DNA of 64,000 bases from an uncultured Pseudobdellovibrionaceae bacterium (GTDB lineage: Bacteria > Bdellovibrionota > FAC87 > UBA2466), in assembly GCA_964603655.1 (NCBI GenBank), contig CAZRVZ010000045.1, positions 790 through 64,789 on the forward strand. Reading direction: 5' to 3'. Below the pieces are notes generated by a model that was not told the origin of the DNA, ran no database searches, and saw only the letters and a program-made list of their open reading frames with translations. Both the position numbers and the translations under genes were made by a program. This document shows, one piece after another, positions 40,640 to 51,800 of the stretch. How positions within the stretch are numbered: position 1 is the first letter of the stretch; each line of letters opens with the position of its first letter.

Positions 40640-41716
40640 ATGAAACGATACCGTCTAGTCTTCCTGGTATTACCTCTCTTATTAGTCCAGTGCAGGTCCA
40701 CACCAACGGCGATCCCGAAGGACCGAGAAGTAACGATCCTTTTTCAGTCAAACCGTTATGGGAACCTCGAAACCTGCGACTGCCATACAAACCCATTTGG
40801 GGGAATCGATCGCGAACACAACGCCACCCAAGACATCAGAAAACGCACTCCGAACATTCTGATGCTGGACTCCGGAAATCTGTTCGTTCCATCGGACCGC
40901 GGAGCGCCGCTCGAGTATTATCAAAAACGCGCCAAACGCCTCGCTCCCATTTTTTTCGAGTTAGGACTCGATGTTTTTGCCCCGGGGCCGAACGATCTGC
41001 TACTGGGAGCAACTGGTTTAAAGGAATTATCAGCCTCGAACTCATTTCGCTGGGTCGCCACAAACATCCGCACAGCGGATGGCTCAGAACCATTCCCTCT
41101 AATCTTAACCTTAGAAAGAGCCGGAATCCGGTTTGCCATAATATCTGCATCCCCCACGTCCGTTAGCACCGACTGGAAGATCCTGGACCCCCTCCAAACC
41201 CTGGAAAAAATGATCCCCGAGGCGGTAAAGGCGTCCGACTTTGTGATACTGCTTTCGCAGCTCGGCAACCCTATCGATATCCAGATAGCCGAACGCTTTC
41301 CCCAGATACAACTCATCGTCGGTTCCGACTCCATCCTGTCAACGGATCGACCCCAATGGTTTGCAGGCCACACACTTATCGTTGACCCCGATCTCAATGG
41401 CTATCTTCTGGGAAAACTGGCCTTAAAACTAAAATTACCGATAAAAGGGCTGTATTCTCCGGTCGATCTCGAGATCAACGAATCACTCCTAAAGGAATAT
41501 CAAGAACGGGCGTCTGCAAAAGATGGAAAACGTTACAAGGACTACGCTGACAAATTAAAATCGCAGAGCCAGCTAAACATCCCCGAACCAGGAAGTATTT
41601 ACGACTTCGAGCTCATTAAGCTCGATGAAGCGCGATTTGGGCTCCCGAAGAATCGATTCACTCAGCACATTTTAGACATGAAGGCGTGGGTTCGAAAGGC
41701 AGCGCTCAGGAAATAG
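40640..41716 (+). CDS. lipoprotein, degenerate 5'-nucleotidase/metallophosphoesterase-like
   Basis: Lipobox LLLVQC. GGIDREHNATQDIRKRTPNILMLDSGNLF aligns to the UshA-type N-terminal domain. The NDHH metal site is replaced by SNRYGN, so the protein is likely non-catalytic. Confidence 0.4.
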   Translation: MKRYRLVFLVLPLLLVQCRSTPTAIPKDREVTILFQSNRYGNLETCDCHTNPFGGIDREHNATQDIRKRTPNILMLDSGNLFVPSDRGAPLEYYQKRAKRLAPIFFELGLDVFAPGPNDLLLGATGLKELSASNSFRWVATNIRTADGSEPFPLILTLERAGIRFAIISASPTSVSTDWKILDPLQTLEKMIPEAVKASDFVILLSQLGNPIDIQIAERFPQIQLIVGSDSILSTDRPQWFAGHTLIVDPDLNGYLLGKLALKLKLPIKGLYSPVDLEINESLLKEYQERASAKDGKRYKDYADKLKSQSQLNIPEPGSIYDFELIKLDEARFGLPKNRFTQHILDMKAWVRKAALRK

Positions 41717-41810
41717 AGAAATGATCGGATGCATTTTTACCCGAAGACTCTAGGGAATACCCCTCGCTCCAAAGGGTCGCGTGAAACGCATGCCTACTAA
41801 TAACGGTAAA

Positions 41811-42614
41811 CTAATTCAGCTCAGGCTTTCCGGTCAGAACACAGCTGCGAACCCCAGCCGGTTCAATGGCATCAGCAGCCCCTGCTCCGGAAAGTGCGGC
41901 GCGGAGGTTAGTGCTAATCGCATGAAGGCGACCATCCCGATAAGGCATGGCGTCATTCGGAAATCCTAAAAAAGCATCCCGAGCGAATTGGACTGTAAGT
42001 CCACGTCCGAGCAATTGTAGCCGATCCATTTCCACAACACTCGCGACGTTGTTAGTCCTACAAAGCGCCCGATCCGTGCAAAGCTTAGCACCTTCCTCGG
42101 CCGCTCCTAACAAGCTTGCAACTGAAGCTTGGTTAGCAACATCAGATGGCGTGGTCGGAGTGCGAAATCGATCGAGCGCTTGAGGCGCCAACCGATCGAT
42201 GATTGCCAAACGATCAGTTGACCGAGGCTGGGGCAGACCCGGCTTCGTTCCCATCGTGACCAGCTCGTTCATCGATACGACGGCATTGCCACCCGCCAAG
42301 GATTGGATCTGTTGGACAAACTCCATTCCACTCACACCGTTTGCCTTAAGTGTCTTGGATAATTCCGTATAATTAACTGTTCTGAGGTTCCCAGCCAGTC
42401 CTCGGCTTTCTAACGATCGGACGGATCCAAAAAGCACGGCCCCTTCGGAACCCAGAGCCTCTATCGCCTGCGTTTTGGAAGTTATGGTTCGCCCGATTAT
42501 CCTTTGAAAAACCTGTACCGTCTTTTCGACGCCGATCTCAGCAGGTGCCAATATATCAGCGACCGCGAATTGGATGAGAAGCATTGAAACTAGAACCGTT
42601 GCCCCGTGAAACAT
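41811..42614 (-). CDS. secreted hypothetical protein
   Basis: 267 aa with an N-terminal hydrophobic signal/anchor MFHGATVLVSMLLIQFAVA. No recognised domain. Confidence 0.45.
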   Translation of the reverse strand: MFHGATVLVSMLLIQFAVADILAPAEIGVEKTVQVFQRIIGRTITSKTQAIEALGSEGAVLFGSVRSLESRGLAGNLRTVNYTELSKTLKANGVSGMEFVQQIQSLAGGNAVVSMNELVTMGTKPGLPQPRSTDRLAIIDRLAPQALDRFRTPTTPSDVANQASVASLLGAAEEGAKLCTDRALCRTNNVASVVEMDRLQLLGRGLTVQFARDAFLGFPNDAMPYRDGRLHAISTNLRAALSGAGAADAIEPAGVRSCVLTGKPELN

Positions 42615-42861
42615 TTAAACCTCCACCAGATTCAGTTGTTAAGCTCGTCTTATGACACAGCGTATTAATGGCATCAAGCAGAAATGTGACCTATTGCGTC
42701 TTTAGCTCGATGTCTTCTTAACTCATTGATATTTCAAATATTTATTTCAGTACTTAGCATACTCATTTTTTGCCTAACGGATTGATGTTGTGAGTCATTT
42801 TACTGTATCCTCCTCGGCACCGTAAAACTGGAGAAAAGCCATCCGCACCCTTAAAGAAGTA

Positions 42862-45800
42862 TTGATTCGCGTGCTTTGCACCTATCTGAGCGTCTTTTTG
42901 GCGATGCCTCCAAGCGTCTGGGCCGAACCATTCGATCAGATGACGCAGAAGGCACACATTGCGCAGTTGGAGAGCAAAGCGCCCAGCTGGAACGACGAAC
43001 GCCTCAAGGTATATCAGGCATTTCTGCTCGCATCCTGGAAGCTATCGGCTCTTTTGAGAGACCCACGCCTGGGAGCGATTGCGCTCATCCGGGAATCCGA
43101 AGATCGCGTCCTATTGTCAGCCTACAAAAATTGCCCAAGCCCGTGGAAAGAGGCGCCCGAATCATCTGAGATAAATTCAACCGTCACATCCCTCATTACA
43201 AATGTTCAAACGGCTCTGAATGCCCTATTCGAAAATCATGTTCTAGAAATTGGGTCCGTAGAGATCGAAACGGCTCCGGAAGGTCCACTCACGACACCGA
43301 CCGTGGAGTCGGATTTAAACGGAGCCATCTGCATTCCAGCCACTTTGATTTCTCATTCCTCAACTCACGATTCGCTGGACTCGCTTATCGCCTCAACCGA
43401 ATCAGCAATCCAGAGTGTTCAGAGGCCAATACACACACTGCTCCTGTCTAAAGTTACTCATGGTGGCATCGTAACCAATTTGGAAGTCCGTCGCTGGATA
43501 TCCTGGCTTGTGGGACTGCGGGAACTCTCGGCGCACACGATACATTTGCAGCCCAATTTGCCATCCAACGGTGGCGTTCAGGCGGCTCGTTTTTCAAAAA
43601 AGGTGGGGGACAAACTTTCCCTCGCGTATCGATCGGCAAAAAACACGCTGCTCACGCTGGGTGCTGCTAAAAATGACTTACCTCGATTTGAACCGTGTGT
43701 CGGTGAAAATCAAACGTCCGATTTCTTGTGCCTAATCGTGCCACCGCCTTCCGCCTTAGAGCAGGCTCGTGACAGGATCTTTCACCAGGCTCGGGAAAGG
43801 GCATACGACCACGGCAAAGGACTGGAGGCCATGCGTAGGTATAGCCTCATTATGAAGGGCGTTCCGGAACGCGCAGTCATCAGCCTTGCGCTCGGAAATG
43901 AAAACCCGGAGCTCAAACTTCCGGCATGCATGGGTTCGTCCGATGGGGCACTCATGCAGGATGTCTACCGCGAAAGCATTCAAACGGCCGCTAAATCGAG
44001 AGCAACCAATCAATTCCTCCAAGCGCTCGACCGAGTCAGCGCAAAGTATCGCGATAATTCCCTAGCACCACCAATCCCCAAAACGGACGAGATTTACACT
44101 GAAGGGCACACAATCGCGCTGTCCTTATTTATGACGGCTTTACAAAACCAACGTGAGGCTTCGGGTAGAGTGGCGAGCCATCTCGATACCTACAACTTTC
44201 GCGATTTTTTTCACAGCCAGCGGTTCTTAGATCAATTTCCCGACCATCTGAGTGGCAAACTAAAACTCACCCTCGCCTTTGTGAATGATGAGCTTTCTGA
44301 ACTAGCACCAGAACGGAGAACGGCCTTTCTCACTGGGCACATAACTGACACGATCCGTTATGTGCTGCACGACTCCCTGCTTAATTTTATTTTGGTAGTT
44401 GCAAGCGACCTCGGCATCGATGAGCAAGCAATAGCTGCAGAGTGGGAGCGCACGTTTGGTGCCCAATGGCAGTCCATTCTGGAGGATCCGCTGCTTCGGG
44501 CCGATATCTCTCAAATGGCGGAGACCGTGACCGCCCACATTAATACTAGTACGACGGCCCAACCGACCAACACGTTAGAGTGGTCGAATCAGAATCTTAG
44601 GACCTATGTGGACGCCCTTTCCGAGCAAGCGGTGCGGGCGGCCCACGCCGATGAAACCTACCGGTTCATGGAGAGTTTGTCTGAGTGGAAAAATGGCGGG
44701 GAGTCGGTCCTTTCCGGACCGCAGACCTATTATTGGAACCGCAGCGGCATTCACTTTTCACCGGTAGAGCTCAAACCCGAGCGCCCCAGCGATTATCGTC
44801 ACCTAAAGGAGCCCCTTAAATCCTTGGCCGAGGCTCACCGTAAAGCGCTGATCGACCGCCTTCAGTCGCAGGGATTTAACAATGAATTTGTACGGGCCCG
44901 ATTCGCTCTGCCCACGACGGATGCGCTAGCCGATCGTATCCTGGCCTATTTTGACCAGCTCGTCGCAGCGGACCCCAAGAAGTTTGAGGCCGACAGAATG
45001 CAGCAGAGGCAACAGGCATTTCAGCCATTACTAACCTGGCTCAACTCACCCCACGCGCGGGCTCAGTATGATGCCGCTGCCGGGCGGCTCTCTACCGAGA
45101 TTTTGGAGGCCGATTTGCGTCCATTCCTGGAGCAGGTTCCGAGCAGAGAATCGGCGCAATTCACAGCTTGGGAAGCTCAACTAAAGGCGGTTTTAAAGAC
45201 GATGTCGGACACCAAGACCTTTCGAACCCCTCCCGATACAGAAACCATTCTTAAGGTGAACAGTCGGTCCGACAACCGACTCCGCGAGTCGATTTCCAAT
45301 CTGCTCCGGGAAGTGACAGAACGAGGCTATTTTTCGGACCTGGAAACTGGGCTCCAAAAGTGCCTAAACGAACCCGAGAAATGCACGAGTCTACTAAAAT
45401 CAGTGCAGACTATTTTAACCAATCCCGCCCTAGAGCAATTGTACGAATGGCGGGTGATATCCCATTCGCTCAATCACGGTATTAATTTTCTGAATTACTT
45501 CGGGGCTGATGGAGACGTTTATGCCCCCCCACCCGTTGCGTCGCCTGTGCCAGAACTCGTGATATCGCTACGCGCAAAACTGAACGACATTTGGTTCGGT
45601 TTTCCTGGCTCGCCACCGAAGCATCCATCGGAGCATCCTTTGGGTCTGGCCAAGGAAGTTGATGCACTTTTAGTCGCCCTTTCCAAATCAGCACACGTGA
45701 ACCGGACTGGGGAATTGGATGGCTTTCACCAAAGTCTACTGGCGGACTTCCAACCGACAATTTCCAAAACCATTTCCGAAATGCACGCATTTCATCGTTG

Positions 45801-48800
45801 GCACGGTCATATTAAATCTTTGCTTCCGATGCTGACCGTTCCTGTCGATCGATTAACTCCGGCACTTTGGGAACAGGCAAGAACACTTATCCTAAACGAG
45901 CTTTCATACCTGCAGGGCGTTCGATTGCCGTTTTTAAACGCCCCCTCGGATTTGGACTCGTCACGAGCGCTGCTTCTCGATTTCTCGACCTATCGTAGTC
46001 GTCTTAATCATCTAGCCCGTATCGTGCTCAATCAGGGAACCGATCCGGCCGAGATTATTCACCAGGCCGAGGACGCACTCAGAGGTCTTCGCGCCATTAC
46101 CAAACCCACCGAGATGGTTCAACGCAGGATACGAATTCTGGGATCCCAGTTATCGGACGCCAAAAAGGACTTGTCAGCGTATTCAGAACTCCGGGGACTC
46201 GTTCGTCACTATATCCCCGCTCTCGCCGAGTCCAAGCAGGCTCTAACAATGGATATGGGCTCGCTCGGGCTCACCGAACGTTGGAATGCCTACTTCGAGG
46301 ATCAACTCCTCGACAAAAATGCTCGCGTCACGCTCAAGGATCTCAATTCATTGATCGCCAAATCGCAGTTCAATCAGCCAGTGGAACCACTTGACCCTCT
46401 GAATAAATCGACTATCGAAACCATTCTCAAGGATTCCATCAGTTATTTTACAAAGCTTCAGGCAGACCCGCTCACCGAGTCTTTTTTTCACCGTGAAGCC
46501 ATTCGTCATCGCATCCAAGGCCTCCCCGATTACACTTTAAGCCACGTACCTGGTAATATCGCTGGGCCTGCACTTTTTATGGCCGGGCTCAAGGTCGTCC
46601 ACGCGCGACTCATGCCGTATCTGATGCCTCGCGGATCGACGAATGAGGAGCTTTATCAGAAATTCGTTCGCGCCTCGGTTTCGACAGGGTCAGCGACTCA
46701 GTTAGATAATCTGATCGCCATCCTGCCCAGCCCCCGAGAGGTAACGACTTCGTTACTGTCTGAGGCGCAAGAAATCTTACGCGCTCTTAACGACAAAAAT
46801 GAATCGGCACAAACCAACTTCAGGGCATTTGCTCGCTCGCTCACCGATCTGAGTGCTTCGCGGCTGAGTACTCCGGAGCTGAGTACTCCGGAGCTGAGTG
46901 CTCCGGAGCTGAGTACTTCGGGGTTTGCTCCGTTCCTGGATTCTGAAGGAACCGAGGTTTCCATCAGCTCGACCGGACCCCACTCGGAGTTGGCGTTTCC
47001 TAAGGGTATAGATACTGAACTGTCGTTTCTTAATCGGGTCATTTCAAACCTATCAGTGAGTCATCGTTCGTCGCTACTGAGTCGGGCGGGGGTGGAAACT
47101 CCAGACACCAAATCTGCTGCAGAGCTACTCAATCGACTCAGTCCAAACGACAGGTCCCGCGTATACCGACACCTCTTGACCGAGGTGGAACGCAGTATTT
47201 CAACCCACGCGAGCATTTCTACAAACCCGGTTGCCAAGGCGCTATTTCCGCAGGGGGACACGCAAGAGACACTCAGCCCGACCTGGAACGCAGATTTGGA
47301 GCGGGCCATAGCCTTCTATGAAAAAAAGTCATCCCTACTACGCAAAGGGCAAACCCCAGCGTTGACTCGACTCATCGCCTTGACCCTTTTTGAGTACCTT
47401 GCACCCATTGGCTTTCGCTTCTCGGAAAAACAACTGGTCCAGAATGCTAAGATTCCAATCGATGTTAGTCGCGATCAATTGAGTCAAGCGCCGACTGCTG
47501 TTTTAAATCATTTTATTCAGGATGTCCGTTACCGCTACTATCAGGAGGTCGCTAGCAAGTCGGGGTTTTCAGCTTTTTCAAAAAGCACATCTATAGATGA
47601 TACGAATGACATTACGAAAATAGGTCCTGAAACCGCGACACTTCGTTTACTCTTGCGTCGCACTGTCATTCCACTGTCATATGCTCTCGCTGTTATTTCG
47701 GCTGAAAGTGAAGCTCTCTTACCCTTTTGGGCAAAGTGGAAACCCGGATCCACTAGTCACCTGGCGAAAGATTTTACAGAGTGGTTTTCTAAACTTGCAT
47801 CCTTAGATTCGCTCCGTTCGTCGTGGGGTCAACCCAATTCACGCGGCATTTCGAGTCGACACCCCAGTCTCTCGAGCTTTTCGAAGTCCAAAGAATATCG
47901 CCATCTCATGGTTCATCTGGTTTCGCTCGACGCCAATCAAACTGTTTCCGATGGGACGGGAAGTTATCCGGCACTTTTGGCTCAGCTCAATTGGAGCATC
48001 AACCGGAGTGGACGTACGTTCGATAGGACCGCGCGACCCATTCCAGCACCCCCGACCTTCAGAGAGCTAGACTACCTGGTCCGTCATCTCATCGACGTTA
48101 TTGGAATCGATCTCAAACGGTTCGATTCCTGGAGGCAGCTACTCGATACCCATCAAGGTGCTCCACCGGAATTGTGGGCACTGGCCTCGCGCAGTTTGCG
48201 CGATTCGATCTCGGAAGTTGGACAGGGTGGGTTTCTCGGCGTGAAGATTGCAGCACCACAGTCAGAAAGTCCACACACGCTTTTTGGAAACCATGGTTAT
48301 ATTCCGTATCCTGTCGTCAATGCGTCTGAGAGAGAACTATTTTGTGCCACTGACGACCTGACTGATTGGCTGGGTCGAGCCGAACAGCGGCTGCACCCCC
48401 CACACACCCAGTGGCTCAGATTTGAACGGGACGCATCCATATCCCAAAAGTCCCGGCTGGATAATGAAGTGCGGGGCCAAAAAGAGTACAGCCTCTATCA
48501 TGAGATTGCCCAGATAGAATCGGATGACATGGTGGGTCTTCAGGATACTATCGATGGAAACCCTACAATCAGAAATCGATTTCAATCGCGCTGGGATCGC
48601 TGGAATGCACTACCCTTTGGAACCGCAGTCTTGCCGGCAGTCGAACTCAACTCTTTGCAAGCACAGCTGGCCAAGGACAATATTTCCTCTAAGCAATCGG
48701 AACTCGAACGCATCTTCCGAGTACGCGAAGCATTGGTCGATTTTCGCCGCACGTTGAATGAAATCAATCTACAAGAAGGCGTCAACTGGTGGAGAGAGTC

Positions 48801-51800
48801 GCGCAATCTCTTCACGGGTGATCTCGAAAATCAATTGAATCTGGCGCTGGCGCAGTTTGGAAAACAGATCGCAACCGAAGGTTGGACCGACCGATTCCCC
48901 CGGTTCCCCCAGTTCCCAATGGCCGGTCGGAATTCAAAGGGAACCTTTGCCGAGCGCCGTCGAAGTAGTATCGGGAGCGCCATCTTTCACGCTTCGCGTG
49001 CGGTGCACGATACCTTGTATAAAGGTAGATCTCCGGAAGATACGGCTCGCGTTCGGAAGATTCTCGGCGTGATGGACACCCATTTCACGCGGTCGGTTGA
49101 AGTGGGGAGCGTTCGCAAAACTCTTGAAACCACGGCCAAGAATTTGGATGAAACCTTGGCTCGTCTTTGCCTGGCCGATTTTTCTGCCATTCATTCCAAT
49201 GATGACTTTAAACGCAGCAAAGATTCGATCCTCGCCTCCGGACTTCCATTCTTTGACAGTCACCAGCAACAACTTTTTACGGATTCTCAGATGCTTCCCA
49301 GCGGGTCACAGGAAACACACAATCGTCTCATCACCTTGTCACAGGAGATTTCCGATCGCGCAAAACTCATGAAAAACATCGAGTGGGGTTTTAACGCGCT
49401 GATGGTCGTTTCATTAGTAGCCCTTGTCGCTGGAAAGAGCTCACCTTCACTGTCCCACTGGGTTCTGGCAACGGGCGCAAGACGAACCACCGCTGCAGTC
49501 GCGGCCTCACTCGTTACGATCTTGTGGGTTGGCATCGAGGCGAATGGCTATGCCGAGGATTTCCACGTTGTCCCGCAGGATCTGCGCGATAAGCTCCACA
49601 TTCGCGACTCCCAATTCAGCGGGAACAACACCTTCCTTTCACCACAAAATGCTGCAGCCCTTTTTGATGCGATCCGCACCAACGACCAAGCCCAAGTAAG
49701 TGGGTTCCGATGGACATTCCGAGTTCTTGCCGCACTCGCCGGATTTCAACTTTTGCGTCCTTGGCTGAAAGCAGCACTCGGTGGTCCGGGTTATCTGCAG
49801 AAAGTAATCAGGCATGATTTCCGTGGCATTGCCAATTCCCGGCTGCGCCATGACCTACTCACATTAGGACAGGGCAAATTTCCCAACGCGATCGCTCACC
49901 TCGAACAGTTGAGTCCGATGGAGGCGCAAGAAAAGGTGGTAGGTGCGTACCTTGCGGAACTAGGTGCCACCCGAACAGGTTCGGGAGTCTACCGCATCTC
50001 TAACACCACCGCGCGCCGACTCTCGGAAGATGCCACTCGGCAGCTCAAGCAATTATCCAAACAATTGGGAATAGACCCTAATGATTTTGGGGCCCTCTCG
50101 GATGAATCCTTAAATTTACTGTCTCCTAAAAGGGTGATGGAGGAACGCGCAAAGTCTCTGCCGCGACTGAGAGATCTTCGTTATTGGGCTGGTCGTTTTT
50201 CAGGCAACACGACCTTTCACCAGGATGAACTAATGGATGGGGTTCTCGCCATCGTCGGCGTCCAGTCAAGTATCACGTCTCGCTATGTACCGCTCTGGCT
50301 TCGCTTTTTCGGGGTGGAATACCCGACTCCCACATCACTTTCACTCTCGAAACTTCAGCGCCTCAACCAGGCGCAGCTGGATATTTTGAGTTATTACCAC
50401 CCTCGCGTCAGATACGCCCTGGCTCAACTATCGGAGGCCTCTGGCCGAACTATTCAGCCCTGGGAAATTTTTGTGCCCTCCAAGATGGCGTCTTGGACAG
50501 CGCCCAAACCCATGCGCATGCTCCTTGGCTCTGTAAAAACTCGCGCCGTTTCGGCCTCCAATGCGTTTTTGGACAGAGCCCCGTATCTTTATGAATCCCC
50601 CGAATCACGGGCTCTGGTGTCACGACAACTCCAGCGGGAGGTATTTGAAACGGCTCTCCTGGAGACGGGAGAGTCCCCGATAGCCTCTTCACTACCGTCT
50701 GAAATCCTGGATCAGGCAGCGCGCTTACGATTGGAGTATGGACGTACTCGTTTTAATTTATTAGTCGAAGAGTATTTGATTGCCGAGGGGCTCTCGCTGC
50801 CATCACACGAAAAGACTCAGCTCGAGCTACTGGGCCAACTGGTGGGTTGGGATGCATCCGCTAGAGATCTGATCCTTATCCATATTCGGTCCAAAAACCC
50901 AAGGCAGTCGGTAACCGAAACTGACATCCAGGAAGTCATCGTCGCAATGATAGACCCCAAACACCCCCGGTTTGCCGAACTGAATCGAGTGCTCCCAAAA
51001 ACCGAATCGGAGTTTCACCCTGGTACGGATGCTCCTTTTACAGAAACCGATTTGATTGATGGCCCGCTCGATCTTTCCGAGCACGCGCTAAAGCTCCGCA
51101 CTATTTTAAAAGATTATCATCCCGACACGCGCCTGCTTCAGGCCATCGCGCGATCGGACTACTCCCAAATGGCGTCAGCCCTCACGGCAAGGAGAGTTGC
51201 TCAGTTTACATCTCAAACCATGGGGACACCGGACGCAGCGGCAGATACAATGGCGGAACCAGGTGGTGAGGGCTCGCCGCGAGAACCAGAGTCACCAGTC
51301 CGACCAAGCGTCCGCCCTGCACCCAAACCGAAAATGGATCTGGCATCGATTCCCCCGCCAAGAAACGAAGCCGAGATACTTAAAGAGCGTCTGGCTGATT
51401 TGGAAAAAGGAATCCTCCCAACCGATGTGCGCGAACCGCATCGTTTGATTTCAAAGCACAATCTATTTCAAGTAGTCGATAGAACTCTACTGGTCGCACA
51501 CGCACCCAGTCACAAGAACCACATCGTAATCAACCTTTTCGCTGAGGGTGTTAGACCAGAAGGAATCGATTCGGCGCTGGGGGAATTGATAACTCACGGT
51601 CTGGCTACCGACGAAATCATCGCGGCCTATCGATACGCGTCTGATAGTCTACGCACTTTGGAGATAATAGCCCAAGCTACGGAAGCTGGAGTGGTTCAGC
51701 CATCCGAGAAGACACAACTCTTCGAGTGGTGTGTAAAGATGTACCTCGGACACCCGGAAAAATTGGCCGCGCGCGCGATGACCCCCAGCGAGTCGGCTTC

